Shown here piece by piece: positions 8,640-17,094 of a stretch of 64,000 nucleotides of DNA. Made by a program: the position numbers and the translations under genes. Source of the DNA: Bryobacterales bacterium. GTDB lineage: Bacteria > Acidobacteriota > Terriglobia > Bryobacterales > UBA6623. The stretch spans positions 2,300,968 through 2,364,967 of the forward strand of contig OZ244625.1 in NCBI GenBank assembly GCA_965218555.1. The letters run 5' to 3'. How positions within the stretch are numbered: position 1 is the first letter of the stretch; each line of letters begins with the position of its first letter. A model generated the notes under the pieces. It had not been told where the DNA came from, did no database searches, and saw nothing but the letters and a program-made list of their open reading frames with translations.

Positions 8640-9944
8640 TTATCCGAAAAACGCAAAGTCTTCGGTTTTGTGAAACGGGAACTGCTGGGTACCCGGTGAG
8701 TTCTCGATTCCGAGGTATCTGCGGAGCGCTTTGTGAATATGTTTCGGGTGGATGATGGTTCCGTCGGCGTCGTCGCGCTGAAGCTTGTCCGGATGGATCT
8801 TATGCGCAAAGTGCAGGGCGTCGGTTTCACCGACGACACGGTTGGTCCAGGGTTGGTTCTTTTCCATCACGATGAAACTGCCTATGGGCCAATGATCCTT
8901 GCCCGCATCCACGTTGTAGTGGTTGGTGCGACCGAAATCCGACCCCATCACGACGACCAGGCGGTCGGCCACTCCATGGATTTCCGCCAGCTCCCACAGA
9001 AAGTCGACGGAATCCGTCAAGTTCCCCAACAACCAGTTGTGCTCCGGATCATGGTTGGCGTGCGTATCGAAACCACCAAGCCGGAGATCCGCACTGACAG
9101 CGACCTTTGCCTTGAAAGCTAGGACGGTGAGCTGCGCTTGACGCCGCAGGCCGCTGGGGTGGCGCCCGTCTTCAGACTGTTCCTCTTGCTCCAGTTCGTC
9201 TTCCGGCGGAAGAAGAGCAGTATACGTTCTCAATCCTTCGGTCGCTTCGGGCAAGAGCGCCCTGGCATACAGTCGGCGATTGCGGGAGGCTCTGGGCAGA
9301 AGCTGGCGCGCCGCTGCCAGCCGCGCGATATTGGCATCCCGGAATGTCCTCAATGTTTCCCAGTCTGCTTGGTGAAGATACGACGATGGGTCACTTGAAT
9401 CGGCCCACTGGGGGACTTCCGGGGCAGCGATGTTGCGGATCAAGCCTGAATTGTCCACGTGAGTGTACGGGGTGAGACCGAATGTCTGGGAGAAACCCCC
9501 GAAACTGAGATAGGAAAGCGAAAGGTCCGGGGCATATTGAGCGGCAAGCAAAGCAGTCATGCTCGGGTACCCTTCCGAGACACGGCCGCTCCAGTTATGG
9601 ATGATTCCTGCCGAATGGGAATTCGTCTGAGCGTCGACGCCGTTTATGACCAGCATCCGATCGTAGTACTTCTCGAAAAACGCTGCGTTGTTGCCGAAGT
9701 CCGCGTACAAGAGATTTCCTGCTTGCTGGACCTCTCGGTTCTCGGCCCAGTGGTTGATGACCTTTTCGCCGGGTGTATTCGCTTTCGGGTCGCAAAAACT
9801 CGTCGGATCCCAGCCCCCGTCCGCCTGGACGAAGACGAATAGCTTTCCGTGGTAGTCGGCGGCATTCGCGAGCGGCAGTTGGAACCCTGTCACTGCGCCA
9901 ATAGCGGGGGCCAACAGGCTCTTGACAAAGGTACGCCGTTTCAT
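8640..9944 (-). CDS. DUF1501-like protein (sulfatase/alkaline-phosphatase-like fold) with Tat-type signal
   Basis: N-terminus MKRRTFVKSLLAPAIGAV. Motifs GGFDTHANHD and GSDFGRTNHYN...GKDHWP are typical of DUF1501. Lies 9 nt downstream of the 1065-aa gene on the same strand. Confidence 0.75.
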   Translation of the reverse strand: MKRRTFVKSLLAPAIGAVTGFQLPLANAADYHGKLFVFVQADGGWDPTSFCDPKANTPGEKVINHWAENREVQQAGNLLYADFGNNAAFFEKYYDRMLVINGVDAQTNSHSAGIIHNWSGRVSEGYPSMTALLAAQYAPDLSLSYLSFGGFSQTFGLTPYTHVDNSGLIRNIAAPEVPQWADSSDPSSYLHQADWETLRTFRDANIARLAAARQLLPRASRNRRLYARALLPEATEGLRTYTALLPPEDELEQEEQSEDGRHPSGLRRQAQLTVLAFKAKVAVSADLRLGGFDTHANHDPEHNWLLGNLTDSVDFLWELAEIHGVADRLVVVMGSDFGRTNHYNVDAGKDHWPIGSFIVMEKNQPWTNRVVGETDALHFAHKIHPDKLQRDDADGTIIHPKHIHKALRRYLGIENSPGTQQFPFHKTEDFAFFG

Positions 9945-9953
9945 CTCACCCTC

Positions 9954-12900
9954 CTAGAGAAAGAGATACCGGTAATCCGTCAGGAAATAGGCCAGCACCA
10001 CGACCCATGTCCGGACGACAGGATCCGGGCGGTAAAAGCCGGCTTCGTCGAATATTTCATCCGCGCGATCCCAGTTGATGTCATAGTCAGTGTTGCCATT
10101 ATCGTCCGTGTAGACCTGTAGGACATCGTCCGCGATTCCTTCGAAATAGAACTGGTCTTGGATTTCGCAGACGATATCCTCTTCCTGCCAACCGTCGGCG
10201 AGACGTTTTCGTTCCCATACTTCCACGAACAGCAGGAACGCCGCTTCCACCTCCGGCGAATCGATGCTCACCGTCACCCCGAGGAGTTTTTCGTGCAGTT
10301 CGACCAGCTTGCGCCGAATCGCCCTTGCGCCCCGCGAGGTTTCAATGTCGGATTCCATCACCATTTCCAGCATGGCGGGTTCGTCACCGGCCGCCTCTTG
10401 AAACGCAACGACCTCTATTCGGTAGTCTCCATCGACGGGAATCGACACGGGAACATCCACCCATCCTTCGCAATAGAGGATGTATGCGTTGCGTTCCCAG
10501 GTGGGGCCTTGGCAATCCTCCGTATCCAGGTTCCCGAGTTCGACGACCTCGACCACCGAGCCGTGCTGATCGCGGATGATCAATTCATCCAGAATCAAGT
10601 TTCGGTCGTCGTGGGTTTCGTCGTCACTGAAGTCATTCAGAAATCCCAGGCGCACGTTCTTGGGACCGGCGAGCAGGGCCACGGCCCACGAATTCGTCTC
10701 TCGTTCCCCCCAAGAATCGGCCTCGATCACTGCTGTGCCAGACATTTCCCAAACCGGTGATGCATTCTTGTCGATCCCGCCGAAAAGACGCCGGTTCTCG
10801 TCCGGCCAAAGCAAGAACTCGCGGGCCACAATGGGGCAACTGGATTCGACGGCGTGGCTTTGGGCGACGGCTGCCATCAATGCCGTCATGTCATCCGCCC
10901 GTTTAATGATGCCGTCCGAGTCGATTCCGCCGTAGAGCAACCGATAGTTTCCTGAATTGGTCAGCAGGCTGATGTAGCCACCAGAATCCCCGTCTGTGAA
11001 GTTCCAATTTCGTGTGCTTTCGCGCCCCCAGCCGTATCCAGTGATTGCTTCAGTCTTCCACGCCAGCTCTTCCGGCGTGAGCCGCCGCTCGACACCGGCG
11101 ATCCGGAGCGCCGCCGCTCGCACCGGATTGTCGTCGGTGAGCGACTCCGCGCGAAACCACGGAGAAAGCACGATCTCTACCAGAAGGTCTTTCAGGTTGT
11201 AAGGTGCGCCCCCGTTGATGCCCGTGCGGAACGCCGCGGCAAGCTGCTCCACCTCCGCGGATTGGGCGTTGGAGGCCAGCAGCATCGCTTCGAAGTCGCT
11301 GTCGTTCTTGTCCTCCGGAGGTCTCACAACCTCGACGCCCATGATCGCCGGCCACCAGAACTTCACCGTCGCTTCGGCAAACCGATCGTCGGCCACAATC
11401 TGCTCGGCCAACCACTGCACACTGTTGTCCGCGACGGGCGCGATCTGTCCGTCGAAGCCCGGCTCGCGCATGTCGCGGTACCAGGTATCGCCGGATTGAT
11501 AAGGCGTGTAAGCACCATCCGGCGGCCACTTGTAGAAGTCATCCAGCGAGTCCTGCCCTCCCCATGTGTCTCGGTATTCCCCTTCTTCTCCGTAGTTCTG
11601 GAAGGTTCCGGCAACCGGATCCATGACGCGATGACAGACCGTGCATGCCGGATTCTTCAGAGTGGGGTTGTCGGTATCGGCGAGCGCGTCGGGGTCAGTC
11701 GTCCGCGACGCCGACTTCTCGATATCGAGCCCCAGGAAGTGGTAGTACGTCCAACGCGATCGGGCGCGGTTGCGGTTGGTGGGGGTCGTGGGGTATCGCA
11801 ACAGGAACACGGTCGTATTGAGAATCCCCGCGTGGGGGTAATCCGTCCACAGGTTGCCGGGATCCAGAACACGGACTCCGCCGCCCTTTCTGAACTCTAC
11901 AACCTTAGAATCATCATCCCGGTAATAGCTGACGATTTCCGAAGGTCTGAACTCCAGCGGGTCCTCGACATCGTCGAATTGCGTCGCTGCGCCGTAGGCC
12001 TTGGACGCCATCGGGTTCGCCATGATGTAGTCGGCGGTCAGAACCTCCGTGTAGGGAAGATCGTTCTCCACCACGTGCGCGATCAGCTCGAGAGGGGCGC
12101 GCGCGTTTCCGTAGTTGACTCTATCTATCCACTGTGCAAGCTCTGGATCGTCGTGCGGATGACTGTATCCTCTCTCGAGTGCCGCCATGATCTTCGTCCA
12201 ATACAGATTGGCGAAGTCTACGAAACGAGGGAAGTCTGGATTGATCACCTGGTCGCCAAGGCGCCGGTCCGTCAACAACCGATCGTTGCTCGCCCGAAGC
12301 AAAAACTGGTGGAATCCCGGTCCCGTCATCAGATTCCGGATCGCCGCCCGCAGGTCGTCCTCAGTGCCGTTGTCGACGGCCTCGCGTTCCTCCCAAGTCG
12401 GGATCCTTCCGCCGAAAATCAAGGCGGCCCGCCACAACGTCTTCCCCGGCGACGCCATGGTGACCGTGTCGAACAACGTCTCCGGGGTCAGGTCGGGACC
12501 GGAATCCTCGCCATACCCCAGCAGGCCGAGGAAACTCTCCATGTTGGCGAAGTCGTCCGAGCCGGCGGGCACCTGAATGCCGCCGCCGTGTGCTACGCCC
12601 TGGATCTTGTTCAGTATCCGATTGGCGCCGTCCTCGACCTTAGCCAGGAAATCCTTGAACATCGCCAGGTTGAGGACTGCATGGTCGGGGTTGGAAGACG
12701 GCTGGAAAATCAGCCGTGTGTGGCCGGACAAGCCCCCTTCGACGTGGCAGTTGACGCACTTCGCCTGCACGATCGGGCCGGAGATGTGGTTCAGAAAAAA
12801 GTCCAGTGCCGATTCCGATTCCATTTCATCCGCCTTGGCGGAATACCTCCTGGTGTCGGACTTCCAGAAGGCGCCGCGCCCGTCCAGCGCAATGGGCAGA

Positions 12901-13151
12901 CCGGGCTCCTCAACGACCAGGGCGGGACACATGGAGGCTTCGTCCGCGCGAGACGGCGTGGACGCGTACATGGTGTTTTCCATGCGTTGATGCGCACGGT
13001 CTCGCTGGATTTCATAGGCCCAGCGGCCAGATAGAGTTCGGTGGCTCCCAGGGACGGGCTGGGCCATCGCCCGGGCCGGTTGGAAAACAGGCCCAATGCC
13101 GATCGCCGCCGCGATCAGCAACACCCACGCCTCGGATCTTACGAAAGACAT
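9954..13151 (-). CDS. Large secreted protein with two CxxCH motifs, Planctomycete-style DUF1587/1592/1588-like architecture
   Basis: 1065-aa ORF with a signal-like N-terminus. CVNCH inside an approx 100-aa module, and a second motif NPACTVCHRVMDPVAGTF resembling the DUF1588 CH..MDP.G signature. Confidence 0.8.
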   Translation of the reverse strand: MSFVRSEAWVLLIAAAIGIGPVFQPARAMAQPVPGSHRTLSGRWAYEIQRDRAHQRMENTMYASTPSRADEASMCPALVVEEPGLPIALDGRGAFWKSDTRRYSAKADEMESESALDFFLNHISGPIVQAKCVNCHVEGGLSGHTRLIFQPSSNPDHAVLNLAMFKDFLAKVEDGANRILNKIQGVAHGGGIQVPAGSDDFANMESFLGLLGYGEDSGPDLTPETLFDTVTMASPGKTLWRAALIFGGRIPTWEEREAVDNGTEDDLRAAIRNLMTGPGFHQFLLRASNDRLLTDRRLGDQVINPDFPRFVDFANLYWTKIMAALERGYSHPHDDPELAQWIDRVNYGNARAPLELIAHVVENDLPYTEVLTADYIMANPMASKAYGAATQFDDVEDPLEFRPSEIVSYYRDDDSKVVEFRKGGGVRVLDPGNLWTDYPHAGILNTTVFLLRYPTTPTNRNRARSRWTYYHFLGLDIEKSASRTTDPDALADTDNPTLKNPACTVCHRVMDPVAGTFQNYGEEGEYRDTWGGQDSLDDFYKWPPDGAYTPYQSGDTWYRDMREPGFDGQIAPVADNSVQWLAEQIVADDRFAEATVKFWWPAIMGVEVVRPPEDKNDSDFEAMLLASNAQSAEVEQLAAAFRTGINGGAPYNLKDLLVEIVLSPWFRAESLTDDNPVRAAALRIAGVERRLTPEELAWKTEAITGYGWGRESTRNWNFTDGDSGGYISLLTNSGNYRLLYGGIDSDGIIKRADDMTALMAAVAQSHAVESSCPIVAREFLLWPDENRRLFGGIDKNASPVWEMSGTAVIEADSWGERETNSWAVALLAGPKNVRLGFLNDFSDDETHDDRNLILDELIIRDQHGSVVEVVELGNLDTEDCQGPTWERNAYILYCEGWVDVPVSIPVDGDYRIEVVAFQEAAGDEPAMLEMVMESDIETSRGARAIRRKLVELHEKLLGVTVSIDSPEVEAAFLLFVEVWERKRLADGWQEEDIVCEIQDQFYFEGIADDVLQVYTDDNGNTDYDINWDRADEIFDEAGFYRPDPVVRTWVVVLAYFLTDYRYLFL

Positions 13152-13330
13152 TTGGACACGTTCACGCTGTACGGAGAGAGAGCCATTCTACAACTCTTCT
13201 CACAAAAGCTGTATAACCAGTGAAGCGCCAAAAGATCGCATCGTACGGCAGGCTGGACTTTTATCACGTTGCAAGTCGATATCTCGGCGGCTGACTTGAC
13301 GGCCTGAAGTTCCGCCCGGGTGGGGATTCT

Positions 13331-14887
13331 TCAACGCGGCCCGGCGCACCGTTTCCCCCCGCCATAACCCAGAAGACCGAGGAGGCGCTCCATGTTGTCA
13401 AAGTCGGCCGAACCGGCGGGCACCTGGACGCCGCCGCCGTGTCTCATGCCCTGGATCTTGTTCAGGATCCGATTGGAACCTTCGTCAACCGTGGCCAGAA
13501 AATGCTCGATCGTCGCCAAGTTGCGGGCTCCGTGGTCGGGCGTTGACGTCGGCTGGAAAACCAGCCGTGTGCGTTCGGACCTGCCGCCTTCGACATGGCA
13601 GTTGATGCATTTCGCCTGCACGATGGGGCCGGAGATGTAGTTGAGAAACAAGTCGCTGCCCATCCCACCCTCCAACGGCGTATAGGCATCCGTGCCTCCC
13701 GACGGAATCCCCACCAGCCTCCAGTCGTATTCGCCGCTCGATCCGTCGTTGCACGTGTAGGCCGACAAACCCGTAGTCGTCGAATCAAACGTAAGGCTGA
13801 ACGTGCAGCGATCACCGTCATCGTAATCAGCCGTGAGCGTTCCTGTAGTCAAACCCGTGTTCTCATAGGTATGGCTCCCCGGATAGATCTCCCCGCATTC
13901 GCTTTCCCGGAAGCGGCCGGGACTGTCGAACTCCGTATAGAACGGTTGGCCGATCGCTACGACTCGCTTGCCGGTGACGATACCGTTGAACCTGGCTTCG
14001 TTCGGCGGAGCAAACTTCTCGCCCGTGACTCCCTCCAGGCTCATCCAGATGGGCCGGTTCACGAGTGCTCCTCCCTCATGCCCTTCAAAGCCAATCCCTG
14101 CTATCGAGGCAGGCAACTGAGGATCTCCCTGAATCTCGAGCGTTCCCTCCGACATCGACGTACAGGCAAGGACATCCCTCAACAGGAACGCTCGGTGATG
14201 CCCGTCGCCAAAGTTCATGGTGGCGCTGCAAAGTTCCTCTCCGTCCAAGCCGCTGTGGGCAATGAGTGTCACATCCTGAGACCGCAGCGACACCAACGCC
14301 AGGGCGGGAGTGAATCCACCCCCTGAGAGATACGGCATCAATGCCGTCTTGTGAAGAACGGTCGATAGGGGCACGCCGGCCATGAACGGCGGGCGGCCCG
14401 GCTCGATTTGCACGAACGTCGCGTTGACCGCCACCGATTCGTCGGGATCCATCTTCACCACGGCATAACCGATGGCCGTGGGAGAGCTGTTCGGGATCGT
14501 CACTTGCGCCCCGTAGCCTTCCGGTGAGAGCGTCCCCTGAAATCCATGGGCAGGCGTGCCGATCAGGTCATCCGAACTTGTCGCCAGCGGCATGTTCATG
14601 GATTCCCCGTTCTTGTCGAAGAATTCCACTTGGAACGTCGCCATGGCCGCCGAGACGTTGATGGCTTGGAAGATCATGAAGAATCCCCCGTCTTGCGACG
14701 TACCGTGGTTTGCAATCTGGGGAATGATCTTGTCGCTGTCGCCTTGCAGCATTGCTGATTCCCCTTCCAGGAGCGGCTCGAAGTAGAGACCTGTGGGCCG
14801 AGGCAGGGTTTGCGCCATGCAGTTCAGGGCCAAGAAAAACAGCGTGACCACTTTTGTGGACTTCACGATGAGAATACTGTACCGCAT
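13331..14887 (-). CDS. Secreted protein with unknown beta-rich N-terminal region and C-terminal CxxCH module paralogous to the neighbouring gene
   Basis: Signal peptide MRYSILIVKSTKVVTLFFLALNCMAQ. The C-terminal LFLNYISGPIVQAKCINCHVEGG...NRILNKIQGMRHGGGVQVPAGSADFDNMERLLGLLGYGG aligns with residues about 114-215 of the 1065-aa protein. Confidence 0.8.
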   Translation of the reverse strand: MRYSILIVKSTKVVTLFFLALNCMAQTLPRPTGLYFEPLLEGESAMLQGDSDKIIPQIANHGTSQDGGFFMIFQAINVSAAMATFQVEFFDKNGESMNMPLATSSDDLIGTPAHGFQGTLSPEGYGAQVTIPNSSPTAIGYAVVKMDPDESVAVNATFVQIEPGRPPFMAGVPLSTVLHKTALMPYLSGGGFTPALALVSLRSQDVTLIAHSGLDGEELCSATMNFGDGHHRAFLLRDVLACTSMSEGTLEIQGDPQLPASIAGIGFEGHEGGALVNRPIWMSLEGVTGEKFAPPNEARFNGIVTGKRVVAIGQPFYTEFDSPGRFRESECGEIYPGSHTYENTGLTTGTLTADYDDGDRCTFSLTFDSTTTGLSAYTCNDGSSGEYDWRLVGIPSGGTDAYTPLEGGMGSDLFLNYISGPIVQAKCINCHVEGGRSERTRLVFQPTSTPDHGARNLATIEHFLATVDEGSNRILNKIQGMRHGGGVQVPAGSADFDNMERLLGLLGYGGGKRCAGPR

Positions 14888-15079
14888 CCTGGGAGCGCGT
14901 ACGAAGGAAAAATCTTGCCCGCATCATCGCCGCTGGAACGAAAATGTCCGTCGCCCGAAGGGCTGCGCGCCGCTTCCGGGCGGGCCGCGTGGAGAGCTCG
15001 GCACCGCGTTCCTGGAGCGGCCACGCGTTACGCAATCGGCCCCGAGGCGCGTGACGCCGCCCGCGTAACTTTTGCCACG

Positions 15080-15235
15080 GGCGGCCAATCGCGACAGCAG
15101 GTTGATGCGCCGGTCGACCTCGCGCAACAGCACAGCGCCATCGTCGGAGCTGATCACCCCGCCATCAAACCGGGTGCTCACTTGGCGCCGAATATGCTGG
15201 GCAAACGAGAAGCTGGATTGGCTGCACTCCGTAAT
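15080..15235 (-). pseudogene. IS1380-family transposase N-terminal remnant
   Basis: (I)TECSQSSFSFAQHIRRQVSTRFDGGVISSDDGAVLLREVDRRINLLSRLAA resembles the conserved IS1380 N-terminus (MTECSQ...FDGG.ITSDGG.LLLREVD.R.GL). The expected start codon reads ATT. Similarity is lost after about 50 codons. Confidence 0.6.
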
Positions 15236-15542
15236 CGGAGGGCTGCTTGTTTTCTGTGGCGCTAACGTTTTCTCCACAAACGTTTTGTGCCACAACAGAC
15301 AGCCCTTTTCCTACTCCCTTGTGAAATATCCGGGCTAAGCCGAGGGGACGTGCGGCCACTCGGCGCGGTATGTCTGCTGATCGCGCACGCCGGCGCCGCT
15401 CGCGGCGGGTGTGTCGCGGCAACCACTCGGGGGAGCTTCTCTCAGCTCCGCCGTGTGGGAGTATCGGAAAGGGTGGTTGCTGCAAGGGCTGGAAACTGGA
15501 CCACAGCGAGGCGGAGGATAGCTGCGGTCAGTTCGGAGTGGA

Positions 15543-15971
15543 TTAGAGCTGTCGTGGCAGCAAGAACAACAGGTTCTTGAGAGCATGTTTCATGACCTGC
15601 CAGCGGAGATAATTGCCTTTTCCATTGATCTGGTATCTGCATTCAGCTTCTTCGTTCAGGGTCAATGAGAGGCGGCAAAGAGAGTAGGGAGTCGTCCCGT
15701 GGTTATCCACAAGATCAGCACATTGAACCTCGATGAAATCGCTGTGGGCTGCAAAGGAAACGAAATTTCCCGAGCACGATCTGACCAGAAATTTAGACTC
15801 GGTTTCGACTTCAAGAGTGAACTTCTCGGCAGAATCATTGATCTTCTGATTTCTGGTCTCGATGCATCTTCGCGCGTTGTCCTGGAGCCGCGCGAATTCG
15901 CAGGGGACAGAGCATTCTTCAGTCGCGCTCACCCAGTCGTAATCATGATCTTCGGGGTTGTTCATGCTCAT
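15543..15971 (-). CDS. Hypothetical Cys-rich protein (142 aa), no recognisable family
   Basis: Clean ORF with an ATG start in a visibly less GC-rich stretch. Seven Cys residues. No motif I recognise. Confidence 0.5.
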   Translation of the reverse strand: MSMNNPEDHDYDWVSATEECSVPCEFARLQDNARRCIETRNQKINDSAEKFTLEVETESKFLVRSCSGNFVSFAAHSDFIEVQCADLVDNHGTTPYSLCRLSLTLNEEAECRYQINGKGNYLRWQVMKHALKNLLFLLPRQL

Positions 15972-16062
15972 GGAAAGTCTCCGTTGGTTCAGCGCAAGCT
16001 GCGTGGAGCAGCTCTGCGACTGGTGTCATTCTAGAACGCTTGTCCGAGACTACAAAGGAAAG

Positions 16063-16094
16063 GCCGCCGCCGCTGGGGTCAGAGCGGCGGCGGC
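16063..16094 (-). terminator. Rho-independent terminator after the 87-aa gene
   Basis: Minus strand reads GCCGCCGCCGCT-ctgacccc-AGCGGCGGCGGC (12-bp stem) followed by CTTTCCTTTG. It begins 13 nt after the stop codon. Confidence 0.6.
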
Positions 16095-16107
16095 TGCGCG
16101 AAAGGGG

Positions 16108-16371
16108 TCAGCTCTTCAGCAAAAGACCGATGATGCCCAATGAAATGGGGATCAATAGGCCGCCGGTCATCCACCGGAGTGAGTTGATGCTGGAGTTCAC
16201 AGCGTCAAACTTGGCGTTCACAGCGTCAAACTTAGCGTCAATGTTCTCGCCGGCCATGTTGCGAACCTCCTGCACCGCAGTATACGCCTTGGTGCTGGGA
16301 ACTTGGGCGATTTCGAGCGCCTCGAAGAGGTGCGTTTCGTAAGCCTTGGTGGAAGGTTTCTGGTTTGCCAT
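16108..16371 (-). CDS. Small tail-anchored coiled-coil membrane protein (87 aa), XhlA-like architecture
   Basis: MANQKPSTKAY...ENIDAKFDAVNAKFDAVNSSINSLRWMTGGLLIPISLGIIGLLLKS. AGGAGG lies 11 nt upstream of ATG 16371. C-terminal TM helix. The remainder of the 194-aa track ORF upstream is non-coding leader. Confidence 0.65.
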   Translation of the reverse strand: MANQKPSTKAYETHLFEALEIAQVPSTKAYTAVQEVRNMAGENIDAKFDAVNAKFDAVNSSINSLRWMTGGLLIPISLGIIGLLLKS

Positions 16372-16380
16372 TGATAGGTT

Positions 16381-16443
16381 GTCCTCCTGTTGGAATAGGG
16401 TTGGGAGCTTTCCGCTCACCTGTACCTGGCGGAAAGCGGAGAA
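16381..16443 (-). promoter_or_regulatory. Conserved 63-nt leader, copy A (Shine-Dalgarno + 9-bp hairpin)
   Basis: 56/63 positions are identical, ungapped, to 16811-16873 (my hand count). Contains the SD AGGAGG and the hairpin GCTTTCCGC(16407-16415)/GCGGAAAGC(16429-16437). Confidence 0.5.
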
Positions 16444-16569
16444 CCCTGCAGAGGAGGGTGTGAAAGGCGGAATCAGCGAGCACAAGATGTTGTGCATATT
16501 GTTGGTCGACCGGCGTGGGTCGCGCGCGCACCAACATAAGATGTAGTGTTCGTCGCGGAGCGAAGAAAG

Positions 16570-16600
16570 CGCCCCTGGATCCAGTCTGAATCCAGGGGCG
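16570..16600 (-). terminator. Rho-independent terminator after the frameshifted small ORF
   Basis: Minus strand reads CGCCCCTGGAT-tcagactgg-ATCCAGGGGCG (11-bp stem) followed by CTTTCTTCG. It lies about 10 nt after the stop at 16610. Confidence 0.55.
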
Positions 16601-16609
16601 ACGGTTCGT

Positions 16610-16803
16610 TCAGAACTCAAGCTGCAAGCTGTCGCGCTCGTCGAGGGCGGTGTTGACGTTGTTGTGGAGAAGCCTCGACAGCTTCTCGTCAATGAGCACC
16701 ATCTTGGTGATGCAGTGGGTGCTTCTGAGGCACTTCACGCCGTCGAGACGATGAGGTTCTCGTTGATCGACTGCAGAAGAGCTGCGGCTTCCTTGTGGTC
16801 CAT
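16610..16803 (-). pseudogene. Small coiled-coil ORF split between two frames (22-aa ORF 16735-16803, then a second frame to 16610)
   Basis: AGGAGG lies 9 nt before ATG 16803, giving MDHKEAAALLQSINENLIVSTA*. A frame offset by 1 nt continues LDGVKCLRSTHCITKMVLIDEKLSRLLHNNVNTALDERDSLQLEF* to 16610. It has its own leader copy and terminator. Confidence 0.35.
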
Positions 16804-16810
16804 CGTTGAA

Positions 16811-16873
16811 GTCCTCCTGTCGAATTGGGATTGGGAGCTTTACGCTCACCCGTACCTGGCGGAAAGCGGAGAA
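16811..16873 (-). promoter_or_regulatory. Conserved 63-nt leader, copy B
   Basis: Paralogous to 16381-16443, 430 bp away, same orientation and same position relative to a start codon. One stem position is mismatched (GCTTTACGC). Confidence 0.5.
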
Positions 16874-17062
16874 TCCATGTAGGGGAACGAAAGGGACGGC
16901 AAGCGCCACGAGGCGCGTAGCTATAGGTGTTCAGCATCATCCTGATGTGCGATGAATCCGGGGATGCTAGGGGTTCAGGCGATCGGAGAAAACGCCATCA
17001 GCGGCCTCTGAGAGCGTCTTTTTTTCGGGATCGTGATTGCCGCGGCCTCGAATGATGGAAAA

Positions 17063-17082
17063 GGCGGGGATTTCTCCCCGCC
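17063..17082 (-). terminator. Rho-independent terminator after ORF 17095-17292
   Basis: Minus strand reads GGCGGGGA-gaaa-TCCCCGCC followed by TTTTCC. It begins 12 nt after the stop. Confidence 0.55.
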
Positions 17083-17094
17083 ATGAAGTGCGAG

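Noticed and set aside
16381-16443. A sigma54 promoter (GG-N10-GC) inside the conserved leader.
   Set aside because: Only the GG and GC dinucleotides can be aligned (AGGTGAGCGGAAAGCT vs TGGCACG-N4-TTGCA). The flanking consensus bases do not match and no enhancer-binding protein gene is nearby.
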